Assembly (NCBI GenBank): GCA_965237955.1
Contig: OZ250169.1
Span: 5,312,001-5,376,000 of the forward strand
DNA: 64,000 nt
DNA from: Candidatus Marinacidobacterales bacterium
Lineage (GTDB): Bacteria; Acidobacteriota; Vicinamibacteria; Marinacidobacterales; SMYC01
Direction of reading: 5' to 3'
This document shows positions 30,290-42,533 of this stretch, piece after piece. Each line of letters opens with the position of its first letter. Position 1 is the stretch's first letter. The notes beneath the pieces are model-generated. The model was not told where the DNA came from. It ran no database searches and saw only the letters and a program-made list of their open reading frames with translations. The position numbers were made by a program, and so were the translations under genes.

Positions 30290-32098
30290 GTGCGCGTAGT
30301 GCTCTTTCTGATATCCGCCACGCTCGTCTCGATTGCAGCGCTTGCGGGGCAGGACACCGCAGCGAACGACTTCGAACGGCGCGAGCTGCGTATTCCCGTC
30401 CGCGACGGGGCCAAGCTGTATGCCATCGCACTCATCCCCGAGTCTATGACTAAGCCGCTCCCGATCATCCTGATCCGAACTCCCTACGGTGCCGCGCGCT
30501 CCACCGCGAATGGACTCAGGGTCGGCTATAGAGAATTGGCGAAGGACGGCTATATCTTCGTCACCCAGGATTCACGGGGACGCCACAACTCGGAAGGCCA
30601 GTTCGTCATGAACGGCGCCCTGCACGATCCGCGCGTCGGCGACGGCGTGGACGAAGCCACCGACACCTACGATACGATCGAGTGGCTCGTGAATAACATC
30701 TCTAACCACAACGGGCGCGTCGGCGTGCTTGGCGTGTCGTACCCGGGATGGCTTGCCGGCATTGCCGGCGTCAATCCCCATCCGGCGCTTCGAGCAATCT
30801 CGCCGCAGGCGCCGATGGCCGATACTTGGCTTGGGGACGATCTGTTCCACCAAGGCGCGTTCCGTGAGGCCTTCGCGTTCGGGTACGTTTCGGGGATGGA
30901 GCTGACGAACAACAACTCGAAGCGCGTAGCGATGAACCGCTACGACCAGTACGATTGGTACCTGCAGTTCGATACGCTCGAAGAGCTTGCGAAAGTGGAC
31001 GAGGTGATGAACCTTCCGTCCTGGAAAGCGGCCGTCGAGCATCCGGCCTATGACGAGTACTGGAAGGCGAAGGCGATGCAGCGGGTGCTCACGACACCCG
31101 ATGTCGCCGTTCTGACGGTCGGAGGGTTCTGGGACCAGGAGGACAAGTTCGGCCCTCAGGAAGCCTACCGCGTCCTCGAGCAAAACGATGCGGACGATGT
31201 CAATCACATCGTGCTCGGACCGTGGAACCATGGCGGGTGGTCACGCCCGGGAGGCGACTCGCTTGGCCCCATCCAATTCGGCGCCAAGACGTCCGACTAC
31301 TACCGCGAGTATATCCAGCGCCCTTGGTTCGCGTACTGGCTGAGGGGCGAAGGCGAAGACGTCTTCCCCGAAGCCTGGGTTTTTGCAAGCGGTGAGAATG
31401 AGTGGCACACTTTCGAATCGTGGCCTCCCGAGCAAGCCGAGCCGGCAAAACTGTACTTGCGCAACGGCGGGCTTGTGTCCTTCGACGCACCGACGGGCGA
31501 GGGCTTCGACTCGTATATCTCGGATCCCGAACATCCCGTGCCCTACATGGCGCGCCCGGTCGTGCGGACGCGTTGGCAGCAATGGCTCGTGGAAGACCAG
31601 CGTTTCGCCGACAACCGGCCCGATGTGCTCACGTGGCAGACAGGTCCGCTGAGCGAGGACGTCACCATTGCCGGGAACATCGTCGCCGAGCTTTTTGCGT
31701 CTACGACAGGTGCCGACGCCGACTGGGTGGTAAAGCTGATCGACGTGTATCCGGACACCGTGGAGGACGATCCAACGATGGGAGGACACCAGCTCATGGT
31801 GGCCACGGACATCATGCGCGGCCGTTATCGCAACAGCTTTTCGAAGCCGGAGCGGATTCCGCCGAATACCGTCGTTTCCTTCTCAGTGGACCTGCACCAG
31901 CAACTGTACCGCTTTGGGCGCGGCCACCGGATCATGGTTCAGGTCCAGAGCACATGGTTCCCGCTGTACGACCGAAATCCGCAGAAGTACGTGGAGAACA
32001 TCTTCCACGCACAGGCCTCGGATTTCGAGGCTCAAGAACATCGCGTCTATCGCACGCCTACGTTCCCGTCGCACATCGCCGTCTCGATTCTCCCGTAA
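30290..32098 (+). CDS. CocE/NonD family serine hydrolase (alpha-amino acid ester hydrolase-like), secreted
   Basis: RTPY, QDSRGR, GVSYPG nucleophile elbow, GPWNHG, QSTWFPLYDRNPQ. Confidence 0.92.
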   Translation: MRVVLFLISATLVSIAALAGQDTAANDFERRELRIPVRDGAKLYAIALIPESMTKPLPIILIRTPYGAARSTANGLRVGYRELAKDGYIFVTQDSRGRHNSEGQFVMNGALHDPRVGDGVDEATDTYDTIEWLVNNISNHNGRVGVLGVSYPGWLAGIAGVNPHPALRAISPQAPMADTWLGDDLFHQGAFREAFAFGYVSGMELTNNNSKRVAMNRYDQYDWYLQFDTLEELAKVDEVMNLPSWKAAVEHPAYDEYWKAKAMQRVLTTPDVAVLTVGGFWDQEDKFGPQEAYRVLEQNDADDVNHIVLGPWNHGGWSRPGGDSLGPIQFGAKTSDYYREYIQRPWFAYWLRGEGEDVFPEAWVFASGENEWHTFESWPPEQAEPAKLYLRNGGLVSFDAPTGEGFDSYISDPEHPVPYMARPVVRTRWQQWLVEDQRFADNRPDVLTWQTGPLSEDVTIAGNIVAELFASTTGADADWVVKLIDVYPDTVEDDPTMGGHQLMVATDIMRGRYRNSFSKPERIPPNTVVSFSVDLHQQLYRFGRGHRIMVQVQSTWFPLYDRNPQKYVENIFHAQASDFEAQEHRVYRTPTFPSHIAVSILP

Positions 32099-32224
32099 AC
32101 GGAGCTCACATCGAATTCGCTTTGCCCGAGCCGGCAGTCGAACGTGTTACCGCCGCAGGCGAGAACTCTCATGGAGACCCATGAGACCTCGTCGCCTAGA
32201 GTCCTAGCGTCGAAAATCCTCCCA

Positions 32225-32330
32225 CCAGCTTGTGGCGCATGTTGATGATCTGATCGAACCGCGCCCGGAACTGATCCCCCGACGCGCTCTTCTCCGTCTT
32301 CGTCGGTCGCATCGCTGCCCTCCTCGATGC
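32225..32330 (-). mobile_element. IS5-family transposase N-terminal scrap
   Basis: MRP..SGDQFRARFDQIINMRHKLV. Confidence 0.5.
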
Positions 32331-32713
32331 GACAGGAGAATTACGGATCGACGATGCAGGGAATCCCCGGCGGGCGAAAAAATTGCAGGGTCCCGAGGCC
32401 AAGACCCCGAAACCTTGCAATCTTGATTACTTCAGCAGGCCGAGAAAACCGACCGGATCAACCGGCTGTTCTCTGTTCACGGGGAATAATGGAAAGCGAA
32501 ATGCGTGCATTTCTTGACGTACGTTGATGAAACGCAGAAATGGTTCTGCCACAAAAGTGATTGCTCCGGGTGACTATGGTAGTTACAATCTCGCCGTTGG
32601 AAACTCAGCAATGGCTCAAGATTTTTGACCCAGGCAGGGAGAATTGCAGACGCGAGCTGCATAATCAGCCGTTTCGCTAATTCGTCTACAACCAATTAGC
32701 TTGGGAGGGTGGC

Positions 32714-35514
32714 ATGAACACCTCGAATCGAGTGGGAGTATGTGGAATCTCGTTTGGCTTGGTGGTTTTGCTAACCGCTTGGAGCGCGACGGCGCTCGCT
32801 CAGTCAAAACCAGAACCAATATACGCAATCATCGTCGAAGAGGACGTTATGATCCCGATGAGCGACGGGACTCTGCTCGCGACGGACGTCTACCGTCCCG
32901 ACGTGGAAGGGAAGTTCCCCGCCCTGGTCGAGCGAACCCCCTACAACAAGTCGAGTTTCGTCGGCAATGCTTATTTCGCCGAACGCGGATACGTGTATGT
33001 GGAACAGGACGTGCGGGGCCGCTTCAAATCGGCGGGGGTATTCTACCCGTTTCTTGACGATGCATGGCTCGAGCGCCGCGATGGCTTTGACACCGTGCAG
33101 TGGATTGCCGAGCAGCCCTGGTCGAACGGCGTTGTTGGCGTGACAGGCGGATCCCATTCAGGCCAGACCGCCTATATGATCGGACCGACGCAGCCGCTCG
33201 CGATGAAAGCAATATTCGCCCGCGAGTCGGCGTCGAATCTTCGCGACCATTGGGTCTTTCGTGGTGGCGCCTTCGAGCACGCCTTCATCACTGCATGGGC
33301 AACACGCATGTTCGGGCCCAATATCGTCGAACGGGCGTACGAAGGCGAGAAAAAGGAAAATGAGCTGTCCAAACTCGCGTCTGCCGTCGAGGACCAGGCT
33401 AACGCCTACTGGCACCTGCCGCTCAGCGAGTACCCGGTTTTCAAGTCAACACCGGGCTGGCAGTTCTACTACGACTGGGTGACCAACGCGAATGACGGTC
33501 CGTACTGGTGGCGGCAAGCAATCGAACTGAAGCATAACCGCTTTGCGGTGCCTGTGTGCCACCTCGGCGGTTGGTTCGACATCTTTCTGGACGGGACCAT
33601 CAAGAATTTCGTCGGCATCCAGAAAAATGGCGCCACGCCTTTGGTCCGCAACAACCAGAAGCTAATTATCGGTCCGTGGTACCACGGCCCGTCCAATGTC
33701 GGAAAGACAGAAGTCGCCGAAATGGTATACCCCGGGGCGGACACGTATCCCGACGGGGAGGAGCTCAATTACGACACCCTTCGGCGGAAGTGGTTCGACG
33801 TTTGGAACAGAGCGCAGGATACCGGCTTCATTGACGAACCACCTGTTTTAATCTACGTGATGGGTGACAATAAGTGGCGCTTCGAGAACGAGTGGCCGCT
33901 CGCCCGCACCCAATACACCAACTATTATTTCGGCGGTGGCCGGTCACGGCCGTCCTCTACGGTATGTCGTCTGCGGTGGACACCGACTGGGTCGTCAAAC
34001 TTAGCGAAGTGTACCCGGATGGCCGCTCGATGCTAGTCCCCTGGATCTTTAATTACTGTCCAAATTCGATTTGCCATGTGTATCGAGCGTTCGCTGGGCG
34101 AACCGAGCGATGGTTTCGAGGATTTGGTCGGCGGATTTCGCCCACTTGAACGGCTTTGGGTTCTCGTTGTGAGCATCGAGATAGTCTTGTATCGCAACGC
34201 GGAGCTGAGGCACGCTCGTGTGCGAGCCTCGTCGCAAGGCGTGTTCGGTGAGCAAGCCAAAGAAGCGCTCAGCGAAGTTGAGCCAAGAGGCGTGTGTCGG
34301 TGTGAAGTGAAAGTGGAACCGAGGTCGCTTGGAAAGCCAGCGTTTGATCGCCGGTGTCTTGTGCGTGGCGAGATTGTCGAGCACGACGTGGATGTCCAAC
34401 TCGCTGGGAACGGCTGCTTCGATCTCAGCGAGGAACTTCTTGAACTCTAGCGCTCGATGTCGCGCGTAGCACTTTCCGAAGACTTCACCTGTTGCGGCGT
34501 CGAGTGCGGCAAACAGGTCAGTCGTTCCATGCCGAATGTAGTCGTGGGTTTGTCGCTCGGGCTGGCCCAAGCTCATGGGCAGGACAGGTTGAGCACGCTC
34601 GAGCGCTTGAATCTGCGATTTCTCGTCGACGCACAGGACGACCGCGTTATCCGGTGGGTTCATATACAGGCCAACAACGTCGCGTACTTTTTCGACCAGT
34701 TGTGGGTCTTGCGAGAGACGAAACGATTCCGAGCGGTGCGGTTGAAGCCCGAACGTTCGCCAAATACGTCCAATCGTCGAATGACTCAGCCCAAGATGCT
34801 TGGCCATCGAGCGCGTACTCCAATGGGTTCTCCCCTTTGGAGTCGTCTCCAGCGTCTTGGTCACGACTTCCTCGATCTGGTCATCGCCGATTTTGCGAGC
34901 CGCTCCCGGCCGAGGTTCGTCGTACAACCCTTCCATTCGTTGTTCTACAAAGCGTCTTCGCCACTTGCCCACCGTGCTCCTCATGGTGTGCATCTTCCTA
35001 GCAACTTCCATATTCGTCAGACCCGCCGCGCAATCCAGCACGATCTTCGCTCGGAAGGCTTGGTGCGGCGAACTACGGCTGCGTCGCGCCAGTCGCGTCA
35101 GCGCTTCGCTTTCTTGAGACGACAGCTTCAATTCGGCTTTTCGCCGGCCCTTGTGTTTCATGCATTTAGCAGATCACAGAAGGGCCGGTGTTGTCTAGCT
35201 TTTTATGTTCCATGGGACTAGTAGCCGACGGTATTCTCAGAGCGCGTTTCCGCGACTCCCAAACGAGTCCGACATTGATCGAACCTGGCAAGATTTACAG
35301 GTACGAGGTCGACCTGTGGGCGACTAGCAACGCGTTCAAGGCAGGGAACCGTATTCGAGTCAGCGTCCACAGCAGCAATTTCCCACGCTGGGACCGTAAT
35401 CTCAACACTGCGGAGAGTCCTGAAACGGGGGCGAAGTCGGTGGTCGCGCTTAACACGATTGTCCGCTATGAATTGCGGCCCTCGCATATCGTGCTGCCAA
35501 TTATTCCGCGCTGA
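32714..35514 (+). pseudogene. Second CocE/NonD hydrolase, internally deleted (~33940) and split by IS630
   Basis: ERTPY, QDVRGR, GGSHSG, GPWYHG; C-terminal domain DTDWVVKL..GRSML|VADGILRARFR..SSNFPRWDRN rejoins across IS630. Confidence 0.85.
34036..35218 (-). mobile_element. IS630-family insertion sequence (1183 bp), transposase 34049..35161 intact
   Basis: [27 protein letters not shown]; ends GTCCCCTGG/CCATGGGAC; TA duplication 34034-35/35219-20. Confidence 0.95.
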
Positions 35515-35530
35515 ACTGCGGAATGGCGGG

Positions 35531-36783
35531 TGTCCCTTCTATTTATTCGTCGCGCGCGTCGCTATGATCTTTCTCGCACGCCGACGTCAGTATCCCGGCA
35601 TGATTTGGTCGCTTCTCTGTTCGCTCATCTCGGCTTTCAAAACGCGCCGCTCACTGGCTCTTGAAAATCTCGCTCTGCGCCAGCAGCTCGCCGTCCTCCA
35701 ACGTTCGGTGAAACGACCGCGGTTGTCGAATGTGGACCGTGGTTTCTGGGTGCTGTTGCGAAGATTCTGGACCGACTGGGCCAGGGTCCTCATCATCGTG
35801 AAGCCCGAGACCGTTGTCCGGTGGCACCGCTCCGGGTTCAAACGCTACTGGACATGGAAGAGCCGGAGGCGTCGGCCGGGTCGACCCGGCGTCGCTCCCG
35901 AAGTACGCGAGCTGATCCGTGACATGTGTCGAGCCAATCCGCTCTGGGGAGCGCCCCGCGTGCACGGCGAGCTCGCGAAGTTCGGCATCTCCATTTCCCA
36001 GGCCGCCGTATCCAAGTACATGATTCGCCATCGCCGTCCACCGTCTCAGACGTGGCGGAGCTTTCTCGACAATCATGTCAAGGACTTGGTGTCCTTTGAC
36101 TTCTTCACGTTGCCAACCGCCACGTTCCGGGTTCTGTTTGTGTTCATCGTCCTTCGTCACGATCGGCGCCGTATCCTGCATTTCAATGTCACGGAACATC
36201 CCACGGCTGAGTGGAGCGCGCAGCAGATCGTCGACGCCTTTCCGTGGGATAGCGCGCCTCGCTTCATGCTGCGGGACCGGGATGGAATCTACCGAGCGTA
36301 CTTCAAACGTCGCGTTGCGGGACCGGCATCCAACAGGTTCTCACGGCGCCGCGCTCGCCGTGGCAGAGCCCGTACGTCGAACGAGTCATTGGAAGCGTTC
36401 GCCGCGAGTGCCTCGACCACGTGATCGTCCTCAACGATCGGCAAGCGAGACGAATCCTGCGCGAATACGTCGACTACTATCATTCCTGCCGGACTCACTT
36501 GTCGCTCGAGAAAGATGCCCCCGAGCCGCGAACCGTCCATCCCCCTCGATGGGGCGAGTGACGGCCGTTCCGAAAGTCGGAGGTCTCCATCATTATTACC
36601 GTCGCCTCGCTGCGTGACGATCGCCGCACTGACGTGATGTCTTTCTCACGGACGGCGCGGCGTTCTTGCGCGGGCTCCGATTCCGCGATGACCGCGACGC
36701 CGACCGAGCATTCAACGCGCGTGAACTCGCTCCCAGGGTCGAGAGCAGCTTGAGGATTGCGGATCGAGTTTATGGAAGGCACA
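35531..36783 (+). mobile_element. IS481-like rve transposase element, frameshifted
   Basis: TGT...ACA termini with imperfect IR (TGTCCCTTCTAT/ATGGAAGGCACA); WGAPRVHGEL, FDFFT, RDRDGIY, GGLHHYY. Confidence 0.8.
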
Positions 36784-37051
36784 CCCTCCTCCCCCAACGT
36801 CCCCTCCGACTTGACACGACGACACACGTCTCCGCAATAGTCGTGTGCCTCGACGCGCATCCAGCCTCCTCGCCAATCTACCGCCCGGCAGTCATCGCCC
36901 CTTCCAATGTCTGATTCCTCTTCCAATCCCTACGTTCCCCACCGGCGAGTCCTCAATTTTCTACCTAAGCACTCATAATTTCGACCTAGCACTCATCGTG
37001 CGTTGGTCAAAGTTCCTATCGATGGAAATCCCTAGTAAGAAAAAAGTCAGA

Positions 37052-38554
37052 TCAATCTTGTATCGCTGACTGGATAAATTCTGCGATCTCCTCTTTAAAC
37101 TTGGCATGGGATGGTTTGTGGATATACATCATGTGACCCGCTTCATAATAGCTAATCTTTATGCGTCCCTTGAAATCGGAATTCAAATCCAGATGTGAGA
37201 CAGCATATTCGGCAGCAAAATAGCTCCTAACGTCGTAATAACCGTTAGCAATATAAACCTTAAGAGATTGGTTCTTTCTCATCACCTTGCGAAGGGTCTC
37301 TGCAGTATTCAAGTAGCGAGGTCTATTCCAGGGCCTGACCTTTCCTTGTAATTCATAGTTCATATCATTTTTGTACTTGAGCTCTGTTCTGAAGTAGTGA
37401 TTTATCATTGCAGAAAATGCTCCAGAAATCGCTGAGTGACCTGGGTCAGATTCGAAGTGTTCACCCGCTGAATCAGCATCCTTTCCTTTGAACCGTGCGT
37501 CATTGTGACCTACTATCATGTGTTCATCGCGAAGAAGTTCTTTTTCAAAACGGCGGGTATGGATACGCATATTAGTTTGTTCGATATATTTGGGAGAGAG
37601 TCCGGTGTAGCGGGCTAGTTTTTTAATAATTTCGCTCTTTTTATCTGCAGGGAGCTCGTTTCCTTTGATCAGCGCCAAATTGTAGTCCTCTAACGCAAAT
37701 TTTTCGACCTCATCCAGGACATCACGCAGATTTCTTTCCTGAAGGTCAGATGGGAGCTGTTTATGAAACCATGCTACTGCCGTGTACGTAGGCAGAGCCA
37801 GGATGAAAGCCAGGTCATTCCCGGGCTGAAAACTACGGGCGTACGGGTTTAAACCAGAAGAGACCAGGATTAATCCTTTGAGATACATTGTTTGAGTGTC
37901 TCTCTGGAGAAATTCAGCCAGCCCTACAGCCCGGGGGACGCCGTAGCTTTCTCCTATAATAAACTTGGGCGAGGCCCAGAGTTCATTACGGGCTATATAC
38001 AACTGGATAAATTCTGCGAGATATTCAATATCTTCTATATAGCCATGAAATTCGTTCGGATCTACACCCTTAACAGCCCGGCTGTATCCTGTGGAAACAG
38101 GGTCGACCATAACCACATCCGACACATCCAGGATGGAGTATTCGTTGTCTACAAGGCGGTAAGGTCCAGGAGGGGGAACTCCTTCATCGTCCAGCAAGAC
38201 CTCTCTTGGACCGAGAGCTCCAATATGAAGCATCGTAGAAGAAGAACCAGGCCCTCCATTGTAAGCAAAAGTGATGGGGCGGCGACTTTTATCTTTTACA
38301 CCGTCCTTGGTGTAAGCCGTAAAAAAAACATTTGCTCTTGGCCTTCCTGTTTCTTCCCTAAGAAGCATGTAACCTACTGCCGCCGTGTATTTCAGCGGTT
38401 CTCCCTTTAGCTGGATGGTGTGACTTGTAACAGAGAGAGATGGCTCTGGAACTTTTTGGGTTGGCTTCTTTTTGGAAGATTCTTGAGCTGATAAATTGGG
38501 AAGCTGAAAGATTAGAAAGACTGCCAAAAAAACATAAAGACTTTTTCTCATCAT
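37052..38554 (-). CDS. S10 family serine carboxypeptidase, secreted, AT-rich relative to flanks
   Basis: NGGPGSS, DPVSTGYS, GESYG, YEAGHMMY; signal peptide. Confidence 0.92.
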   Translation of the reverse strand: MMRKSLYVFLAVFLIFQLPNLSAQESSKKKPTQKVPEPSLSVTSHTIQLKGEPLKYTAAVGYMLLREETGRPRANVFFTAYTKDGVKDKSRRPITFAYNGGPGSSSTMLHIGALGPREVLLDDEGVPPPGPYRLVDNEYSILDVSDVVMVDPVSTGYSRAVKGVDPNEFHGYIEDIEYLAEFIQLYIARNELWASPKFIIGESYGVPRAVGLAEFLQRDTQTMYLKGLILVSSGLNPYARSFQPGNDLAFILALPTYTAVAWFHKQLPSDLQERNLRDVLDEVEKFALEDYNLALIKGNELPADKKSEIIKKLARYTGLSPKYIEQTNMRIHTRRFEKELLRDEHMIVGHNDARFKGKDADSAGEHFESDPGHSAISGAFSAMINHYFRTELKYKNDMNYELQGKVRPWNRPRYLNTAETLRKVMRKNQSLKVYIANGYYDVRSYFAAEYAVSHLDLNSDFKGRIKISYYEAGHMMYIHKPSHAKFKEEIAEFIQSAIQD

Positions 38555-38695
38555 TGTATTTCCTCCTTAAGAAATATTAATGATAGAACATTCGTTTTTG
38601 CTGTTGCGAACATTTTCTTCATTTTTAGCTAAGTTTTACCCTGTTCGTATTCTTAAGAAGGATACTCCTGTACTACGGCCACTACGCCCGACGAA

Positions 38696-38770
38696 CCGGC
38701 ATTTTCATGGGCCTGGCCATCGCCCACGTGGTTGCCTTTTACGCCGAATGGCCGACGGTCGCCACCCCGT
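38696..38770 (+). repeat. 75-bp copy of the permease gene segment 28572-28646
   Basis: CCGGCATTTTCATGGGCCTGGCC...ACCCCGT with 3 mismatches. Confidence 0.85.
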
Positions 38771-39696
38771 AGTGTGCCAATACTCAGAGTGAAGGCAAAA
38801 TCCATCATTATTAAACACCTGTTCCGCTTGAATCAGGGGAAAAGGGACCTTCTTGGCTGCCTTTGTCAACGTTGCGGTTCTTGAAGGCGTGGCGGCGGCG
38901 GCGCGATATCTCAGAGACGGGGACCCTCAGCCCGCCATCGCGTTTCTCGAAGCCTTCGATCTTCGGCAGTGAAAACGCGGCCGCTCCGCTTACGCTGCCT
39001 CCCGATAATAATATCGGAGAATCCCGCCAAGACGCTCCCGACACAGAACGCTCCCCTCAGTGCAGGGACTGTCGGGCAGAGATCAACCTGTTGTCGAGAC
39101 CCTGGTTGTTTCCAGATGGTTATGGGCGACGTAAGCGCGAACGGCCTTGCGAAGATGATTCTCTCCGAGCGGAACGATCCTGTTGAGGCACTCGTGTTTT
39201 ATCGAACGAACAAAACGCTCCGCGTGAGCGTTCAAATTCGGACTCCTTGCGGGTAGTTTCACTGTCTCCACCCCAGTCGCGCAGAGCGTGACGCAGAATG
39301 ACGCTGAGAACAGCGGGTCTCGATCGTGGATTAGAAATCGAGCGTCGCGAAGAAATCCATCCATCGCGTCCGTCAAGTTTCGCGCCATTTGCTTCATCCA
39401 ATCATCGTAGGGCGATCTCGACGCGACGGGTCTTGAGGTCGATGACAAAAAGCACAAAACAGCGGATCAATCCACGGGCGGTGAGCACTTCCACGGTGAA
39501 GTAATCCGTCGCAGCTATAGCTCCCCCATGGGCTTTCAGAAAGGTGCTCCAGGGCGTGCGTTTATCCCTCGCGGGTGGTAAGGCTGCATAGGCCGCATTC
39601 TAGCCGTTCGGGGCAGCGGGGCTATTCTTTACTTCGGGAAGACGCCACCCTACGAGGTGCTGCGTCGCGTCGGCCGAGTTTGGGCACACTACGGGG
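38765..39696 (-). mobile_element. Internally deleted rve-transposase element with terminal inverted repeats
   Basis: CCCCGTAGTGTGCCAATACTC / GAGTTTGGGCACACTACGGGG; [20 protein letters not shown]. Confidence 0.75.
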
Positions 39697-39869
39697 GCCG
39701 GGCGTCAGACGGCAGCGAGATGGGCGGGACGCCGAAGGAGATCGCTCACCTTAGTTATCGGTCGGGCGGCTGGTTTAGCTTAGGGGCTAACGTTTCTTGA
39801 GTTACCTGCCGATAAGTATCCCGACAGTGCTCGCGTGAGCCGCCCGGAGAATCAAGGTCAGGAATCATC

Positions 39870-41855
39870 ATGAAACAGATCGTTTTGCTCGTCGAAGATG
39901 AAGTCTCGAACCGAATTGCAGTCGAGCGCGTGTTGCGTACCCAGGAGATAGCCTTCCTCGAGTCGGGGAATGGGCGCGAGGCCTTGGAAATGCTCGAACA
40001 GCATCGTCCCGATCTCATTTTGCTGGATATTGTGATGCCCGTCATGGACGGTTACGGTTTCCTGAAGGAATTCCGCAGCAACGATGCCAACCGTCCGATC
40101 CCGGTCTGTGTGATGACGGCAAGGTCCGATGAACTCAGCCGACGCAAGGCCATCGATCTCGGCGCCGATGATTTCATCGCCAAGCCGGTGGATCCGACGG
40201 AACTGCAGACCCGCGTCAAATCGATGCTGCGGATCGGGAGCTACTGGAAACAGCTCAACCAGTCCAATGCCATGCTGGAGACGCAGATCGACGAGGCCAA
40301 CAAGGCCAATCTGGCCAAGAGCGAGTTCCTGGCCAAAATGAGCCACGAGATCCGAACGCCGCTCAACGGCGTGATTGGCATGGCGGATTTGTTGATCGAC
40401 ACCTCGCTCGACGCGGAGCAACGAGATTACGTCGAGACGCTCAAATTCAGCGGTAGAAGCCTATTGCACCTGATCGACGATATCTTGGATCTGTCCAAGA
40501 TCGAGGCCGAGCGCCTGGACCTCGAGACAATCGAGTTCAATATCCACGAGCTCTTCACGGAAACCTTCAACCCTCTGGCACTGCACGCACAGTCCAAGGG
40601 ACTCGAGTTGCTCTACCACATCGGTGACGGTGTCCCGACCTGGCCGATCGGCGATCCCACCCGGCTGCGGCAGATCCTGACTAACCTGGTCGGCAACGCG
40701 CTCAAGTTCACGGAAACGGGGCACATCGTTGCCAGAGTATCGGTCGAAGCGGAGGACGCTGAGCGTCAGGTCCTGCGATTTTCCGTGGAGGACACCGGAA
40801 TCGGGATTCCGCAGGACAAGCTGCAGGTCATCTTCGAGCCATTCCGCCAGGCAGACGAGGGCACGACACGCCGCTTCGGAGGCACCGGACTGGGGCTGAC
40901 CATCACCTCCAGGCTCGTGGCCAAGATGGACGGCACGGTCCGTGTACAGAGCCGGCCTGGCCACGGGAGCACGTTCTCCTTCGACATTCCGCTGCAAGTC
41001 GGGCGACGTATCGATGCAACTCCGGACCGTTCGCGTTGGACGGGCCGAACGGCACTCATCGTCGATGACTGCGTTCCCGGCGCGCGGATCTTCGAAGAGC
41101 TGCTCGCTCGGCACGGCTTTACCGTGCACACAGCAACCGACGCCGCGGCTGCGATGAGGCGGCTGCGCGAGGCGGACCGGGCGGGGAGCGAGCCCTACTC
41201 GGCGGTCATTGTGGATCACGAGATCGCCGGGGCCGCGGATCTCGTCGACAGCGTGCGGCAAAGCTCTTCGAACGACGAGCCACGGATCATCCTGTCCCGC
41301 AACCGCTTCTCCCGCGACAGTCCGGTTCGTGGCTCCATGATGGATCTTCCCGCGATCTACAAGCCTTTCACACTCGCCGAGCTGCTCCAGAGTGTCGGCG
41401 GTGCCATCGACGCCGACCGAACGGATTCGGCTGACCTGGAACGTTCCCCGGGCGGACCGGAACCACCACCACGACGACGTTCGTCCGTGCTGGTGGCCGA
41501 GGACAATCCGGTCAACCGCAAAGTCGTCTTGCGCTTGCTGGAAAGGCGTGGGCATGACGTCGTGGTGGTCGGCAACGGCAGGGAGGCCGTCGAGGCGGTA
41601 AAACAACGGCGGTTCGACTTGGTTCTGATGGATTGCCAGATGCCGGTGATGGACGGCTTCAAGGCGACATCCAGCATTCGGGCTCTTGAGGGCGAGATCG
41701 GCTACCACGTTCCCATCGTGGCTCTCACTGCCAACGCGATCGAGGGAGACCGCCAGCGTTGCCTCGACGCGGGCATGGACTCTTATCTCGCCAAACCGGT
41801 CTGCGCCCTAGAGTTGTTCGAAGCGGTGGAGACTCGAAGCAGACCCTCGGAGTAA
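39870..41855 (+). CDS. Soluble hybrid histidine kinase (REC-HisKA-HATPase-REC-REC)
   Basis: [41 protein letters not shown]. Confidence 0.93.
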   Translation: MKQIVLLVEDEVSNRIAVERVLRTQEIAFLESGNGREALEMLEQHRPDLILLDIVMPVMDGYGFLKEFRSNDANRPIPVCVMTARSDELSRRKAIDLGADDFIAKPVDPTELQTRVKSMLRIGSYWKQLNQSNAMLETQIDEANKANLAKSEFLAKMSHEIRTPLNGVIGMADLLIDTSLDAEQRDYVETLKFSGRSLLHLIDDILDLSKIEAERLDLETIEFNIHELFTETFNPLALHAQSKGLELLYHIGDGVPTWPIGDPTRLRQILTNLVGNALKFTETGHIVARVSVEAEDAERQVLRFSVEDTGIGIPQDKLQVIFEPFRQADEGTTRRFGGTGLGLTITSRLVAKMDGTVRVQSRPGHGSTFSFDIPLQVGRRIDATPDRSRWTGRTALIVDDCVPGARIFEELLARHGFTVHTATDAAAAMRRLREADRAGSEPYSAVIVDHEIAGAADLVDSVRQSSSNDEPRIILSRNRFSRDSPVRGSMMDLPAIYKPFTLAELLQSVGGAIDADRTDSADLERSPGGPEPPPRRRSSVLVAEDNPVNRKVVLRLLERRGHDVVVVGNGREAVEAVKQRRFDLVLMDCQMPVMDGFKATSSIRALEGEIGYHVPIVALTANAIEGDRQRCLDAGMDSYLAKPVCALELFEAVETRSRPSE

Positions 41856-41883
41856 GCGTTTCCAAAGACTTCGCGCACTCGGG

Positions 41884-42195
41884 TCATCCCATAAAGTTTC
41901 TGGCCGGGTCGGTCGAAAGCAATACTTGTAACCACTTCTTCGGGAACGTCAAGGCTTCGACCGGCCGCCGCCTGGAGCCGTAAGTCGCTTCGGCTACCAT
42001 GCTTGCGATGAACTCGTTCGTCTCGCCACATATCTTCCTGTTCATGCTGGCCGTTCCCCGCATATGTTGCAGCGGTACCGCCGACGTCGGCCCGACTTGG
42101 TGGTAAACCAGCCGTGCCCAACGACGTTGACGCCCCGCTTCCCAAAGTTGTCGCACCCGGGCTTGAAGCATGCTATGTCGTCGATCGGCCTCATC
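41884..42195 (-). mobile_element. IS1-like InsA zinc-ribbon/HTH remnant
   Basis: CFKPGC..VVGHG..RRRYRCNIC; frameshifted and truncated. Confidence 0.5.
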
Positions 42196-42533
42196 GCACA
42201 AGTGTAGCGGGCTGAAAACTCAGCTGTTTCACCCACGATCTCGCCCGCTTGAGGGCGACAGATCAACAGCGACCGGCGCAAGCACCGAGAGCGCGGTTAC
42301 GTCAGAAAACGTCGACAGACGTGTTGTGAGATGATCTCAAGCCTTTATCAACATCATTTTTGAGATCATAAACAATTTTAAATGTATTCTCCGTTTAATG
42401 ATAGTTGTGTGAACATTAATGTGGAACCGAAATAATTATTTCATCTCTCAGATAAAGATCTCACGTTTACCTTAAGTATCTTACACAGTAGACGTGTAGA
42501 CAGAATTGTTTTCAAATGCTAAGTTGTTTTGCC

